From IMG/VR virus record IMGVR_UViG_2627854098_000004: DNA of 51,192 nt. One strand, 5' to 3'. Position numbers and translations under genes: made by a program. This document shows positions 30,502 through 39,966 of this stretch, in pieces (the first letter of the stretch is position 1; the number at the start of each line of letters is the position of its first letter). Source of the DNA: a virus (lineage: Duplodnaviria; Heunggongvirae; Uroviricota; Caudoviricetes). Under the pieces are notes generated by a model that was not told the DNA's origin, ran no database searches, and saw only the letters and a program-made list of their open reading frames with translations.

Positions 30502-30795
30502 ATGAAAAAAATGTTGTTTTCTGCCGCTCTGGCAATGCTTATTACAGGATGTGCTCAACAGACGTTTACTGTTGGAAACAAACCTACAGCAGTAACACCA
30601 AAGGAAACCATCACCCATCATTTCTTCGTTTCGGGAATTGGGCAGAAGAAAACTGTCGATGCAGCAAAAATTTGTGGTGGTGCAGAAAATGTTGTTAAAA
30701 CAGAAACCCAGCAAACATTCGTAAATGGATTGCTCGGTTTTATTACTTTAGGCATTTATACTCCGCTGGAAGCGCGTGTGTATTGCTCACAATAA
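30502..30795 (+). CDS. bor: Bor lipoprotein (serum-resistance family)
   Basis: Start MKKMLFSAALAMLITGCAQQ; near-identical to lambda Bor; opposite strand to the lysis genes as in lambda. Confidence 0.9.
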   Translation: MKKMLFSAALAMLITGCAQQTFTVGNKPTAVTPKETITHHFFVSGIGQKKTVDAAKICGGAENVVKTETQQTFVNGLLGFITLGIYTPLEARVYCSQ

Positions 30796-30826
30796 TTGCA
30801 TGAGTTGCCCATCGATATGGGCAGCT

Positions 30827-31300
30827 CTATCTGCACTGCTCATTAATATACTTCTGGGTTCCTTCCAGTTGTTTTTGCATAGTGATCAGCCTCTCTCTGA
30901 GGGTGAAATAATCCCGTTCAGCGGTGTCTGCCAGTCGGGGGGAGGCTGCATTATCCACGCCGGAGGCGGTGGTGGCTTCACGCACTGACTGACAGACTGC
31001 TTTGATGTGCAACCGACGACGACCAGCGGCAACATCATCACGCAGAGCATCATTTTCAGCTTTCGCATCAGCTAACTCCTTCGTGTATTTTGCATCGAGC
31101 GCAGCAACATCACGCTGACGCATCTGTATGTCAGTAATTACCGCGTTCGCCAGCGTCAGTTCTCTGGCATTTTTGTCGCGCTGGGCTTTGTAGGTAATGG
31201 CGTTATCACGGTAATGATTAACAGCCCATGACAGGCAGACGATGATGCAGATAACCAGAGCGGAGATAATCGCGGTTACTCTGTTCATTGCTGACCCCAC
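30827..31300 (-). CDS. Rz: i-spanin Rz
   Basis: 157 aa; N-terminal transmembrane segment then coiled-coil region; last gene of the lysis cassette. Confidence 0.85.
   Translation of the reverse strand: MGSAMNRVTAIISALVICIIVCLSWAVNHYRDNAITYKAQRDKNARELTLANAVITDIQMRQRDVAALDAKYTKELADAKAENDALRDDVAAGRRRLHIKAVCQSVREATTASGVDNAASPRLADTAERDYFTLRERLITMQKQLEGTQKYINEQCR
30886..31068 (-). CDS. Rz1: o-spanin Rz1 (embedded in Rz, +1 frame)
   Basis: 60 aa; lipobox VVGC; proline-rich; lies entirely within Rz. Confidence 0.8.
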   Translation of the reverse strand: MRKLKMMLCVMMLPLVVVGCTSKQSVSQCVKPPPPPAWIMQPPPDWQTPLNGIISPSERG

Positions 31301-31782
31301 AAACAGATTTCACGCTCAATCTCACGACGAGTCATGAGACCTTTCCATTGCTTACCGCCAGCATATGTCCAGCGACGTAGCTGATCACATGCGCCTTTGA
31401 TATCGCCCTGGTTTATTTTGCGAAGAAGCGTCGATGTTCTGAAATTGCCAGCACCCACGTTGTAAACGAATGAGTAAAGAGCGCCGCGCATTGTTTCCGG
31501 TATATCGACTTTGATGTACGGGTTAATTTGTCTGGCGACCGTGGCAAGGTCTTTATTCAGGAGGGCTTTGCATTCTGCTTTGGTATACGTTTTACCGAGC
31601 ATGATGTCTTTTCCTGTATGCCCGTGACATACAGTCCATACACCAACAATATCTTTGTATGGTATGTAGCTGACACCTTCCAGACCATCGTTACCACTTG
31701 GGCCAGTGATTAACACTGATGCTATAGCAATTGCTCCGCCACCAATAGCAGCAGCAACGGCTTTTCGTAATGATGGAGGCAT
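31285..31782 (-). CDS. R: SAR endolysin (T4-lysozyme-type, phage-21 R-like)
   Basis: 165 aa; Gly/Ala-rich N-terminal signal-anchor-release segment; catalytic E-x8-D-x5-T ([16 protein letters not shown]). Confidence 0.85.
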   Translation of the reverse strand: MPPSLRKAVAAAIGGGAIAIASVLITGPSGNDGLEGVSYIPYKDIVGVWTVCHGHTGKDIMLGKTYTKAECKALLNKDLATVARQINPYIKVDIPETMRGALYSFVYNVGAGNFRTSTLLRKINQGDIKGACDQLRRWTYAGGKQWKGLMTRREIEREICLWGQQ

Positions 31783-31997
31783 TATTCACCTCTCGCAGCC
31801 TTGCGCTTATCTTCTTTAATCTTGAAATAAAGGTTTGTCAGGTACGTCAGCAGGCCAAATACCAGGCTACCCAGCACACCTATTGCCGCCCACTGTGAGG
31901 GCGTGACTTTATCGAGCAACTGTAAAAACCAGTACCCGGCACTACCTGCTGAGGTACCATAGGCGACACCCGTTGTTAACTTATCCATGGATTTCAT
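31782..31997 (-). CDS. S: class II holin (pinholin, S21-like) with dual-start motif MKSM
   Basis: 71 aa; two transmembrane segments; Met1 and Met4 give antiholin/holin starts; ATGA-type overlap with R. Confidence 0.85.
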
Positions 31998-32135
31998 AAC
32001 CCCACCTCGCAGACAAAGCGGGTGTAAATTAAGGGGATACTACGTATCGCAATAAAGGCAGAAACGTAACAGATTCGGAGTCAGTGAATAACTCAGGTAT
32101 TGGGTTATCAGCTAATATCGAGACTCAAAAAATGG

Positions 32136-32159
32136 AAAAACCCGCTCGACGGCGGGTTT
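32136..32159 (-). terminator. hairpin plus U-run about 140 nt upstream of S
   Basis: On the - strand AAACCCGC-CGTCGA-GCGGGTTT followed by TTCCATTTTTTGAG. Confidence 0.4.
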
Positions 32160-32585
32160 AAGCTGTGTGACGAAGTAACCACTCTTAACAGCATAACCAA
32201 TTTTTTACGTACGTAAACTACTAAATGATATTTGTGAGAATGCCACCGAGTGTTCAAAACACCACCACAAATGCATAAGAAAACTTCAACAAATAACCAG
32301 TTAATAATTTCCGATGTTATTTTTAGTTTGTTTAAATTAAGCTAAAGAATTATAGAGCACTTATAAATAAGTGCCATTAATATAAATTAGCTAATAGATT
32401 TATTTTTGTTCAGACAAGAGCCATGAATAGGATTAGATAGAAAAGGTTCAGATAAAAATAGAGATCTACTTCACAAATTAAATGAGAAACTAAAACTTAC
32501 ATCTTGAAATAATCACATTGATTAGATGAATATTTATCGCGCAGTGACATCATTTTTTAATAATAGTTCAAAAAAAGGGCGTACA

Positions 32586-33668
32586 ATGAAAAAATTAACA
32601 GTGGCAATTTCTGCTGTAGCTGCATCAGTACTGATGGCGATGTCTGCTCAGGCAGCTGAAATTTATAATAAAGACAGTAACAAGCTGGATCTATACGGGA
32701 AAGTTAATGCCAAGCACTACTTCTCCTCTAATGATGCAGATGATGGTGATACTACTTATGCCCGTCTTGGCTTCAAAGGTGAAACCCAAATCAACGATCA
32801 ACTGACTGGTTTCGGTCAGTGGGAATATGAATTCAAAGGCAACCGTGCTGAATCTCAAGGTTCTTCCAAAGACAAAACCCGTCTTGCATTTGCAGGCCTG
32901 AAATTTGGTGATTACGGCTCAATCGATTACGGCCGTAACTACGGTGTAGCATACGACATCGGTGCGTGGACTGACGTTCTGCCAGAATTCGGTGGTGATA
33001 CCTGGACCCAAACAGATGTGTTCATGACTGGTCGCACTACTGGTGTTGCAACTTATCGTAACAACGACTTCTTTGGTCTGGTCGATGGCCTGAACTTTGC
33101 TGCTCAGTATCAGGGTAAAAATGACCGCACTGACGTAACTGAAGCCAATGGTGATGGTTTCGGTTTCTCCACTACTTATGAGTATGAAGGATTCGGCGTG
33201 GGTGCAACCTATGCTAAATCAGATCGCACTGACGGTCAGGTCGCCTATGGTAAGAGCAAATTCAATGCCTCCGGCAAAAATGCGGAAGTATGGGCTGCAG
33301 GCCTGAAATATGATGCGAACAATATCTATCTGGCTACCACATATTCTGAAACTCAGAATATGACCGTTTTTGGTAATAACCATATTGCAAACAAAGCACA
33401 AAACTTTGAAGCAGTAGCACAATATCAGTTTGACTTCGGTCTGCGTCCATCTGTTGCTTACCTTCAGTCAAAAGGTAAAGACCTTGGTGTTCATGGTGAC
33501 CGAGACTTAGTCAAGTATGTCGATGTCGGTGCTACTTACTACTTTAATAAAAACATGTCCACTTTTGTTGATTACAAAATCAACTTAATTGACGATAGTA
33601 AGTTTACCAAAACAGCTGGTATTGATACCGACGACATCGTCGCTGTAGGTCTGGTTTATCAGTTCTAA
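32586..33668 (+). CDS. phage-borne general porin (OmpC/OmpF/NmpC-Lc family)
   Basis: ORF 32526..33668; start ATG 32586 with RBS AAGGG; signal peptide ...AMSAQA then AEIYNKD, C-terminal F; between Q and S on the opposite strand, as for nmpC in DLP12. Confidence 0.9.
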   Translation: MKKLTVAISAVAASVLMAMSAQAAEIYNKDSNKLDLYGKVNAKHYFSSNDADDGDTTYARLGFKGETQINDQLTGFGQWEYEFKGNRAESQGSSKDKTRLAFAGLKFGDYGSIDYGRNYGVAYDIGAWTDVLPEFGGDTWTQTDVFMTGRTTGVATYRNNDFFGLVDGLNFAAQYQGKNDRTDVTEANGDGFGFSTTYEYEGFGVGATYAKSDRTDGQVAYGKSKFNASGKNAEVWAAGLKYDANNIYLATTYSETQNMTVFGNNHIANKAQNFEAVAQYQFDFGLRPSVAYLQSKGKDLGVHGDRDLVKYVDVGATYYFNKNMSTFVDYKINLIDDSKFTKTAGIDTDDIVAVGLVYQF

Positions 33669-33685
33669 TCTGACTTACGAAAAAG

Positions 33686-33719
33686 ATATGTTGCGGGAGG
33701 CTTTGCCTCCGCAACATAT
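33686..33719. terminator. long hairpin between porin and Q; candidate tR' on the - strand
   Basis: ATATGTTGCGGGAGGC-TTT-GCCTCCGCAACATAT; a U-run (CTTTTTC) follows only on the - strand. Confidence 0.4.
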
Positions 33720-33803
33720 AAGTGGAGCCCTCAAGCCACTTCCTTTAGAAGCACTACCTTGCTTCTTACTATATAAACCTTCTGTTATATATTACCCTTT
33801 ATT

Positions 33804-33832
33804 TTGGGGGCGTTTCCACGCCCCATTTTTAA
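33804..33832 (+). terminator. intrinsic terminator after the porin gene
   Basis: GGGGGCG-TTTCCA-CGCCCC followed by ATTTTTAAT on the + strand. Confidence 0.55.
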
Positions 33833-33856
33833 TAACTTTTAGTAAACAATTGCATA

Positions 33857-34240
33857 TCAATTAGAATTATTAGCAACGATATCCATATCTAACCGGATAT
33901 CTAATGCCATTAACATCCCTTCAATTATGCCCTCAGCCTTCTGTAACCTTTTCCCGATATAACCATCCGAGCAGCAATGCTTACTTGCCAGTGACATGAA
34001 TGTCATACCACATACATAATAATCTACTAATAAATCGTGTAAATCGCTGTTGTTCTTTTTCAGACGGGCCATGCACCCGCAAATGATCATCGCGTCATCG
34101 TCACAACATTGCGGGCGAGATTTTACTTTTGAAGGAATTAATCCCTTAAAACCGGCGGCAATGGACGACCAGGTCACATCTTCATGATTATTAGCCGCCC
34201 ACGCACCCCAACGCTCAAGAACCATCTGAATATCACGCAT
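33857..34240 (-). CDS. Q: late-gene antiterminator Q (phage 82/DLP12 QuuD type)
   Basis: ORF 33857..34255; start [11 protein letters not shown] at 34240 with GGAG upstream; Cys-rich zinc-binding region. Confidence 0.85.
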   Translation of the reverse strand: MRDIQMVLERWGAWAANNHEDVTWSSIAAGFKGLIPSKVKSRPQCCDDDAMIICGCMARLKKNNSDLHDLLVDYYVCGMTFMSLASKHCCSDGYIGKRLQKAEGIIEGMLMALDIRLDMDIVANNSN

Positions 34241-34325
34241 CAACTTACTCCACAAAAATCAGACCAGAACGCCAATTACAAGCAAAAATCAACAAAACAG
34301 TATTAGTTGATTGTTATCTCTGACT

Positions 34326-34448
34326 TCATACTCCTGTTCCTGTCAGGGTTTTGGCGTAATTCTTCAGTATTCGGTAATCGGTCAAAACAGAACCGAGGAA
34401 ACGATATAAGCGCAGACGCCCCCAGCGGTGGCGAAGAAGTTCTGCCAT
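34326..34448 (-). CDS. small ORF between rusA and Q (ylcG-like position, 40 aa)
   Basis: ATG 34448 to TGA 34326, below the ORF-track cutoff; no clear RBS; assigned by position only. Confidence 0.3.
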   Translation of the reverse strand: MAELLRHRWGRLRLYRFLGSVLTDYRILKNYAKTLTGTGV

Positions 34449-34462
34449 ATTAAACTCAAACA

Positions 34463-34825
34463 TCATTCATTCCCCATTTCGGTGATGGTCAGTTCCAGCC
34501 TCCCACCTTTGGTAACAGGCATCTTCACAACGCGGTAATCAACGACCTGAGCATCATCCAGCCAGAAACCTGCTTTAGTGAGTGCGTCAAAAGCGGCTTT
34601 TTGCAGATTATCCAGGTCACGGCGACGGCGATCCGGCATGTGGCACTCAATGCGGATTTTCACAGGCATAGCCAGGCCGATATCCAGCATTGCGTTTTTA
34701 ATGATTCGGGCGACGTTATCGCGGTATGCCTGCCCCTCTGCGCTGACGTGCGTGCGCCCGCGATTATGGCGGTAATAGCGATTATTGCTCGGAGGCCAGG
34801 GTAATGTGATGCTGTAGGTATTCAC
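34463..34825 (-). CDS. rusA: RusA Holliday-junction resolvase
   Basis: 120 aa; matches E. coli DLP12 RusA as I recall it; GTG start with GGGGG RBS. Confidence 0.9.
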   Translation of the reverse strand: MNTYSITLPWPPSNNRYYRHNRGRTHVSAEGQAYRDNVARIIKNAMLDIGLAMPVKIRIECHMPDRRRRDLDNLQKAAFDALTKAGFWLDDAQVVDYRVVKMPVTKGGRLELTITEMGNE

Positions 34826-34947
34826 GCCTTAATAACCCCCTCTTTCAGCCACATAACCTGTGTTCTCGCCATACCTTCCAGCGCGCATTCTTTTGCATAT
34901 GCAGCATCGACTTGCTTGGCATGCCCTTTACCGGCAATCTTCTGTAT
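34822..34947 (-). pseudogene. truncated remnant of a ybcO-like (DUF1364) gene
   Basis: Only the C-terminal part (...[24 protein letters not shown]) is open, with a TAG upstream; stop overlaps the rusA start. Confidence 0.3.
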
Positions 34948-35031
34948 GCGCTAAACCTAGATAGAATCCACTCTGTGCACATTGAAGCCCGCTCTATGCT
35001 TTCTTTCAGGTATTGAAGGGATTGAGATGGG

Positions 35032-35373
35032 CTAAGCATTATTGGCCTCCTGCATCAGGAGAAAGACAATCATGGCGGCGCGGAGAGGTCTGGTATCAAA
35101 TATTGGGCTTACGCCTTTTGCATCCACACACCATTCAGTTAACTGGTCTAAGATAGAAATCCTGTATTTCTCAATAATCGGCCATGAAGCGCTCGGATCA
35201 TTGCAGTAGTCAGGCAAATGATTTAATGGCTCAAAAGTTGTATCAGCATTTCCGTAATACCATTTGTTGGTGTTATTCCCTGATGTTTCCGGTTTACTTG
35301 CCCAAAGGCCTTTAAAAATTATGTCTCCTACCATTCTGTTAATTTCAAAATCACTTAACTGTGAATAATCCAT
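35032..35373 (-). CDS. hypothetical nin-region protein (113 aa)
   Basis: ORF 35032..35415; likely start ATG 35373 ([12 protein letters not shown]) 6 nt after GAGGAA. Confidence 0.55.
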   Translation of the reverse strand: MDYSQLSDFEINRMVGDIIFKGLWASKPETSGNNTNKWYYGNADTTFEPLNHLPDYCNDPSASWPIIEKYRISILDQLTEWCVDAKGVSPIFDTRPLRAAMIVFLLMQEANNA

Positions 35374-35375
35374 TG

Positions 35376-35552
35376 TCATTTCCTCGCACGATATCTTAGC
35401 CACCGGATATCCCACAGGTGGGCTGTGTAATTGAAGGTTTTTACGTCAGATTCTTTTGGGATTAGCTTGCGTTTATTTCTGGAGCGTTTCGTTGGAAGGT
35501 ATTTGCAGTTTTCGCAGATTATGTCGGTGATGCTTCGTCGCTGTCGTCTCAT
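35376..35552 (-). CDS. ninE: NinE-like small basic protein
   Basis: 58 aa [29 protein letters not shown]...; ATGA overlap with the dam stop. Confidence 0.6.
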   Translation of the reverse strand: MRRQRRSITDIICENCKYLPTKRSRNKRKLIPKESDVKTFNYTAHLWDIRWLRYRARK

Positions 35553-36076
35553 GCAGCCCTCCTGACGCCCTGCCCGATCGCCATCAATGCCGCTTTGGAT
35601 ACGGTAGTAAACATCCGCCGAGGACTGATGAACGGTCGCCAAATCAGCAGCATGGAGCCTTTGCTGTTTCCCTTCTTCTCCAGCCCTGTCGATGGTTCGA
35701 TAAAATTAATCCGTCCATCAGTGATAATACGAACTTCGTCAACACTCTCCAGAGCCTTGCTGAACCATCCGACAGACATATCCTCTGGCACAAGCATCAC
35801 TACCGTCTGTCGCTGTTGTATACACTGCTCAGCGGCTTTTTCCACCCACGGCCTGATATTGCTGTACGGTGGGTTATTCCAGATTGCACCGTGGCTTACC
35901 CACTCAGAATTGAGCGCGTCGTCGTCCTCAGTTAGCCAGTGAGCGCACAGAGCATTTTTGTCGCTCGCTGCCGAATCCAGCCAGAATCCAAACTCAATAT
36001 CCAGTGCATCAAAAAGCCAAAGCGGCGTTTGCCAGCAGTCCTTGTCGTGTGCTGGCGTATTTGATTTGATAGTCAT
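35549..36076 (-). CDS. phage DNA N6-adenine methyltransferase
   Basis: ORF 35549..36136; start ATG 36076 in an ATGA overlap with ninB; methyltransferase motif IV NPPY (IWNNPPYS). Confidence 0.75.
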   Translation of the reverse strand: MTIKSNTPAHDKDCWQTPLWLFDALDIEFGFWLDSAASDKNALCAHWLTEDDDALNSEWVSHGAIWNNPPYSNIRPWVEKAAEQCIQQRQTVVMLVPEDMSVGWFSKALESVDEVRIITDGRINFIEPSTGLEKKGNSKGSMLLIWRPFISPRRMFTTVSKAALMAIGQGVRRAA

Positions 36077-36513
36077 GCAGCCCGATCTCCCCATCGCGCT
36101 TTCCATTCGAGAGCCAGTCGCGCTTCGTCTGACCACTTAACGCCACGCTCTGTACCGAATGCCTGTATAAGCTCTAATAGCTCCGCAAATTCGCTTACAC
36201 GCATCCTGCTGGTTGACTGGCCTATTACCACAAAGCCATTCCCGGCAAGGTTAGGAACAACATCCTGCTGCTTTAATGCTGCGGTAAACACACACTTCCA
36301 GCTTTCTGCATCCAGCCAGCGACCATGCCATTCAACCTGACGAGAGACGTCACCTAAGCAGGCCCATAGCTTCCTGTTTTGGTCTAAGCTGCGGTTGCGT
36401 TCCTGAATGGTTACTACGATTGGTTTGGTTGGGTCTGGAAGGATTTGCTGTACTGCGTGAATAGCGTTTTGCTGATGTGCCGGAGATCGAATTTCAAAGG
36501 TTAGTTTTTTCAT
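36073..36513 (-). CDS. ninB: NinB (Orf-family recombination mediator)
   Basis: ORF 36073..36531; start MKKLTFEI at 36513; near-identical to lambda NinB. Confidence 0.85.
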   Translation of the reverse strand: MKKLTFEIRSPAHQQNAIHAVQQILPDPTKPIVVTIQERNRSLDQNRKLWACLGDVSRQVEWHGRWLDAESWKCVFTAALKQQDVVPNLAGNGFVVIGQSTSRMRVSEFAELLELIQAFGTERGVKWSDEARLALEWKARWGDRAA

Positions 36514-36530
36514 GACTTCCCTCTCCCCCA

Positions 36531-36561
36531 AATAAAAAGGCCTGCGATTACCTGCAGGCCT
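36531..36561 (-). terminator. intrinsic terminator between ren and ninB (tR2-like position)
   Basis: On the - strand AGGCCTGC-AGGTAATC-GCAGGCCT followed by TTTTTATTT. Confidence 0.6.
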
Positions 36562-36586
36562 GTTATTAGCTCAGTGATGTAGATGG

Positions 36587-36877
36587 TCATCTTTTAACTC
36601 CATATACCGCCAATATCCGTTTCATCGTGGCACTCTGGCGACACTCCTTAAAAATCAGGTTCGTGCTCATCTTTCCTTCCCGTTCTTCCTTGGTAGCAAA
36701 CCGGTAATACACCGTTCGCCAGACCTTACCTTCGATAACCAGAAGACCTGCCCGTGCCATTTTAGCCGCGGCCTGATTTATGCTGGTTACTGTTGCGCCT
36801 GTTAGCGCGGCAACGTCCGGCGCACAGAAGCTATTATGCGTCCCCAGGTAATGAATAATTGCCTCTTTGCCCGTCAT
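36587..36877 (-). CDS. ren: Ren
   Basis: 96 aa; near-identical to lambda Ren. Confidence 0.85.
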   Translation of the reverse strand: MTGKEAIIHYLGTHNSFCAPDVAALTGATVTSINQAAAKMARAGLLVIEGKVWRTVYYRFATKEEREGKMSTNLIFKECRQSATMKRILAVYGVKR

Positions 36878-37575
36878 ACACTTGCTCCTTTCAGTCCTAA
36901 CTTAGCTTTAATTTCTGCGATCTTCGCCAGCGCCTGAACACGATTTAGAGGTCTGCCGCCCATGACAGGAAGTTGTTTTACTGGTTCAGGTATCGTCTCA
37001 CCACGGTTAATTCGCGCTGTCATACAGGTCAGTTCATCGGCAGCCTTGCGTCGTAATTCCGCGTCAGTCAGCGCATTGGCCCGCATGTTCTGGTACAGGT
37101 TGGTAACCAGCCAGTAGTGCGCGTTCGATTTCCACGGATAAGACTCTGCATCCGGATACAGGCCTCGCTTCCGGCAATACTCGTAAACCATATCAACCAG
37201 CTCGCTGACGTTTGGCAGTCCGGCGATAACGGATGCTTCTTCCCGGCACCATGCAACAAACTGCCCGGGTGATGGCAGAAATGGTCGATTCTGCCGACGG
37301 GCTACGCGCATTCCTGCGTTAACCTGTTCCATTGTGGTGATCCCGTTTTCCCGGAAAGCCAGAACCCACTGGCGGCGGATTTCGTTCAGTTCGTTCTGGT
37401 CACGGTTAGCCAGACTCGCCGGGAAAGTTGCCAGTAACTGGCTGAACACACCGTTGATGATCTGCGCTACCTGCTGTACCTGCGGCTTTTCGTCGTACTG
37501 TTCCGGCATGTTGTTGGCGATCCGACGCATCTGCTCACGGTCAAAATTAACCATCTGTGCGGCGATGTTTTTCAT
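36874..37575 (-). CDS. P: replication protein P (DnaB loader)
   Basis: 233 aa; near-identical to lambda P; ATGA overlap with the O stop. Confidence 0.9.
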   Translation of the reverse strand: MKNIAAQMVNFDREQMRRIANNMPEQYDEKPQVQQVAQIINGVFSQLLATFPASLANRDQNELNEIRRQWVLAFRENGITTMEQVNAGMRVARRQNRPFLPSPGQFVAWCREEASVIAGLPNVSELVDMVYEYCRKRGLYPDAESYPWKSNAHYWLVTNLYQNMRANALTDAELRRKAADELTCMTARINRGETIPEPVKQLPVMGGRPLNRVQALAKIAEIKAKLGLKGASV

Positions 37576-38470
37576 AAATCCACCCCGTAAATCCAGTCAG
37601 TGTTTGTCAGGTCGAGTTTTGGTTTGCAGGCTGTCACACCTGCCTGTTGCTTGTTACGGTTGATTTCGAGCTGGGTCCACTTGTCGCGGAGTTTGGCCGG
37701 GCTCAGCACGTTACCGGACCAGAAGTTGTCCTGGCATGCCCAGCGGAACAGTACACACATGTCGCGATGGTTACGTCCGTCACGTTCACGCATCAGGCGG
37801 ATATCGTTAGCCCACCCTGCAAAATTCGGTTTTCTGGCTGATGGCGCGATGGTCTTCACCATGTCAAACATCCATTCTGCGGCGGTCAGGTCTTCTGCTG
37901 TCCCCCACTTGCTGCCGCTCTGAATTGCAGCATCCGGTTTCACCACAGAAAGGTCGTTTTCTGGCTGGTCAGAGGATTCGCCAGAATTCTCTGACGAATA
38001 ATCTTTTCTTTTTCTTTTGTAATAGTGTCTTTTGTGTCCCCCTGTTTTGAGGGATAGCAATCCCCCAATTTGAGGGATGTTTTATCCCTCGTTTTAGGGG
38101 ATTTTCCCTCGTTTTGAGGGATACACCATTCTGAGATGTTTTTATTTGGTCCAAACATGCCGCCTTGCTGCTTGATAATATTCATTCTGACGAGTTCTAA
38201 CTTGGCTTCATTGCACCGTTTGACGGGTAACTTTGTAATCTCGCTAAGTTGAGAATCGGTGATTCTGTCCATTGGTTTATTCCATCCATAGGTTTTACGC
38301 AGAATGGCAAGCAGCACTTTAAACTGTCGCTTGGTCAGATCTGCGCCTGAATAAGCCTCAAGCAGCATATTTGATAGTCTGGCGTAACCATCATCGAGAT
38401 CTGCCACATTACGCTCCTGTTTGGCAAAGTTACCTCTGCAGAAGTTGAGTATTTTTGCTGTATTTGTCAT
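37572..38470 (-). pseudogene. O: replication initiator O, split by a 1-nt deletion in the AT-rich ori segment
   Basis: ORFs 37940..38470 (O N-terminus) and 37572..38060 (O C-terminus) overlap; total 899 nt against 900 expected; the frame change maps to the plus-strand T5 run 38009-38013. Confidence 0.75.
38041..38120. repeat. ori iterons (four roughly 19-bp O-binding repeats) inside the O gene
   Basis: On the - strand four tandem copies of TCCCTCAAAACGAGGGA-like repeats, followed by an A/T-rich segment at 37990-38040. Confidence 0.85.
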
Positions 38471-38502
38471 AATGACTCCTGTGGATTGATCCAGTAATGA
38501 CC

Positions 38503-38799
38503 TCAGAATTCCATCTGGATTTGTTCAGAACGCTCGGTTGCCGCCGGGCGTTTTTTATTGGTGAGTCCATCAAGCGCATACTTAAAAGCCCTGCTAATCG
38601 GACTGATGTCTGATGCCATTCCGAAAGCACACAAGACCGAAGCAATAAATCTCCAGTCCGTTCTGCTTATCTTCGATTCATGACAGCCAATCATCTTTGC
38701 CAGACCGCGCTGGGTAATAGCTGACAGATTGATAAGTAAATCTGTTTCTGCGCGATCAACGTCACGCTGTGATAGTTTGCTGTAACTTGTTCTTTCCAT
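38503..38799 (-). CDS. cII: CII transcriptional activator (lambda-type C-terminus, divergent N-terminal part)
   Basis: 98 aa ending LTNKKRPAATERSEQIQMEF as in lambda CII; positioned between nutR and O. Confidence 0.75.
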   Translation of the reverse strand: MERTSYSKLSQRDVDRAETDLLINLSAITQRGLAKMIGCHESKISRTDWRFIASVLCAFGMASDISPISRAFKYALDGLTNKKRPAATERSEQIQMEF

Positions 38800-38884
38800 T
38801 TCTTAAGATTTCCAATAGTGAATAGTTAGTTGAAAGGTATGCGTGGAAACGCATATGGCCTTAGTTGGTCAGATATCTTGGAAC

Positions 38885-38930
38885 TCGCTTTTCAGCGACG
38901 TAGGACGAATGTCCGTTGTTACAAAGAGCG
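38885..38930 (-). promoter_or_regulatory. nutR: boxA-like CGCTCTTTG, an intervening hairpin, and boxB-like hairpin TCGCU-GAAA-AGCGA
   Basis: Immediately downstream of the cro stop on the - strand; same element order as the nutL candidate, with paired base changes in both stems. Confidence 0.55.
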
Positions 38931-38940
38931 GATCCGCTTA

Positions 38941-39156
38941 TTAAGCGGCTTTGTGTTCCGGCGGGAACACGTCATCAAGACTGACTTTTGCGCCTAACTT
39001 GTTTAGGCACGCAACAAGAGCACGGCATGTTTTAAGGTCTGGGAAGCGACGACCAGATTCCCAATGTCCGATAGCTCCCTGTGTGCATCCAACTGCCTTA
39101 GCAAGTGTTGTTTGAGAGATATTCAGTGACTCTCGATATTTTCGTAGGTTGCTCAT
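38941..39156 (-). CDS. cro: Cro-like repressor (XRE-family helix-turn-helix, 71 aa)
   Basis: ORF 38941..39327; start ATG 39156 with RBS GGAGGG; HTH LNISQTTLAKAVGCTQGAIGHWESG; divergent from cI across the operator region. Confidence 0.8.
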   Translation of the reverse strand: MSNLRKYRESLNISQTTLAKAVGCTQGAIGHWESGRRFPDLKTCRALVACLNKLGAKVSLDDVFPPEHKAA

Positions 39157-39267
39157 ATGCCCTCCATAGTAAACACGAATAAAAAAATACAATATGTACT
39201 TTGCGAATACAAGTAAAAATACACATTGTGCATGGATGGTTCCAGTACAGAGCGTAATAATAAGGAC
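39157..39267. promoter_or_regulatory. OR operator / pR / pRM region
   Basis: Divergent cI/cro spacer with repeated ATACA-containing quasi-palindromes; candidate pR on the - strand has -35 TTGTAT and -10 TATTTT (plus-strand 39184-39212); the element AAAGTACATAT is shared with the pL region. Confidence 0.5.
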
Positions 39268-39927
39268 ATGAAAATGAAATGGTATGAACTGGCTAGATCC
39301 AGAATGAAAGAGCTCGGCATAACTCAAGAGAAGTTAGCCGAAGAGCTAGGTATGACGCAGGGTGGGATTGGACACTGGTTGCGCGGATCTCGTCATCCAT
39401 CTCTTAGTGATATTGGTGTGGTGTTTAAATACCTTGGTATTGATAACATATCATTCAACCACGACGGGACATTTTCACCTGTTGGCGAATACTCATCGGC
39501 CCCAGTTAAAAAACAATATGAGTACCCTGTTTTTTCTCATGTTCAGGCTGGGATGTTCTCTCCAGAACTCAGAACCTTTACCAAAGGCGATGCGGAGAGA
39601 TTGGTAAGCACAACCAAAAAAGCCAGTGACTCTGCATTCTGGCTTGAGGTTGAAGGTAACTCAATGACCGCACCAACAGGTTCCAAACCCAGCTTTCCTG
39701 ACGGGATGTTAATTCTGGTTGACCCTGAGCAAGCTGTTGAGCCCGGCGATTTCTGCATAGCCAGACTTGGTGGTGATGAATTTACCTTCAAGAAACTGAT
39801 CAGGGATAGCGGTCAGGTGTTTCTACAGCCACTAAACCCACAATACCCAATGATCCCATGCAATGAGAGTTGTTCCGTTGTGGGGAAAGTTATCGCCAGC
39901 CAATGGCCTGAAGAGACGTTTGGGTGA
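39268..39927 (+). CDS. cI: CI repressor (lambda-identical C-terminal cleavage/dimerisation domain, different N-terminal DNA-binding domain)
   Basis: ORF 39226..39927; C-terminal about 130 aa match lambda CI as I recall it; N-terminal HTH differs, implying a non-lambda immunity; start could be 39232, 39268 or 39274. Confidence 0.85.
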   Translation: MKMKWYELARSRMKELGITQEKLAEELGMTQGGIGHWLRGSRHPSLSDIGVVFKYLGIDNISFNHDGTFSPVGEYSSAPVKKQYEYPVFSHVQAGMFSPELRTFTKGDAERLVSTTKKASDSAFWLEVEGNSMTAPTGSKPSFPDGMLILVDPEQAVEPGDFCIARLGGDEFTFKKLIRDSGQVFLQPLNPQYPMIPCNESCSVVGKVIASQWPEETFG

Positions 39928-39966
39928 TGAAACCACTTTTATCTACAATTTACAGGGCGGTAAACA

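Noticed and set aside
34845-35039. 64-aa ORF between the nin-region gene and rusA
   Set aside because: A different frame of the same DNA encodes the conserved C-terminus of a ybcO-like protein that ends in an overlap with the rusA start; the 64-aa ORF is probably an out-of-frame artefact of that truncated gene.
38041-38120. Short direct repeats that could be mistaken for a CRISPR array
   Set aside because: Only four roughly 19-bp repeats with very short spacers, inside the O coding sequence and next to an A/T-rich segment; this is the lambda-type ori iteron set.
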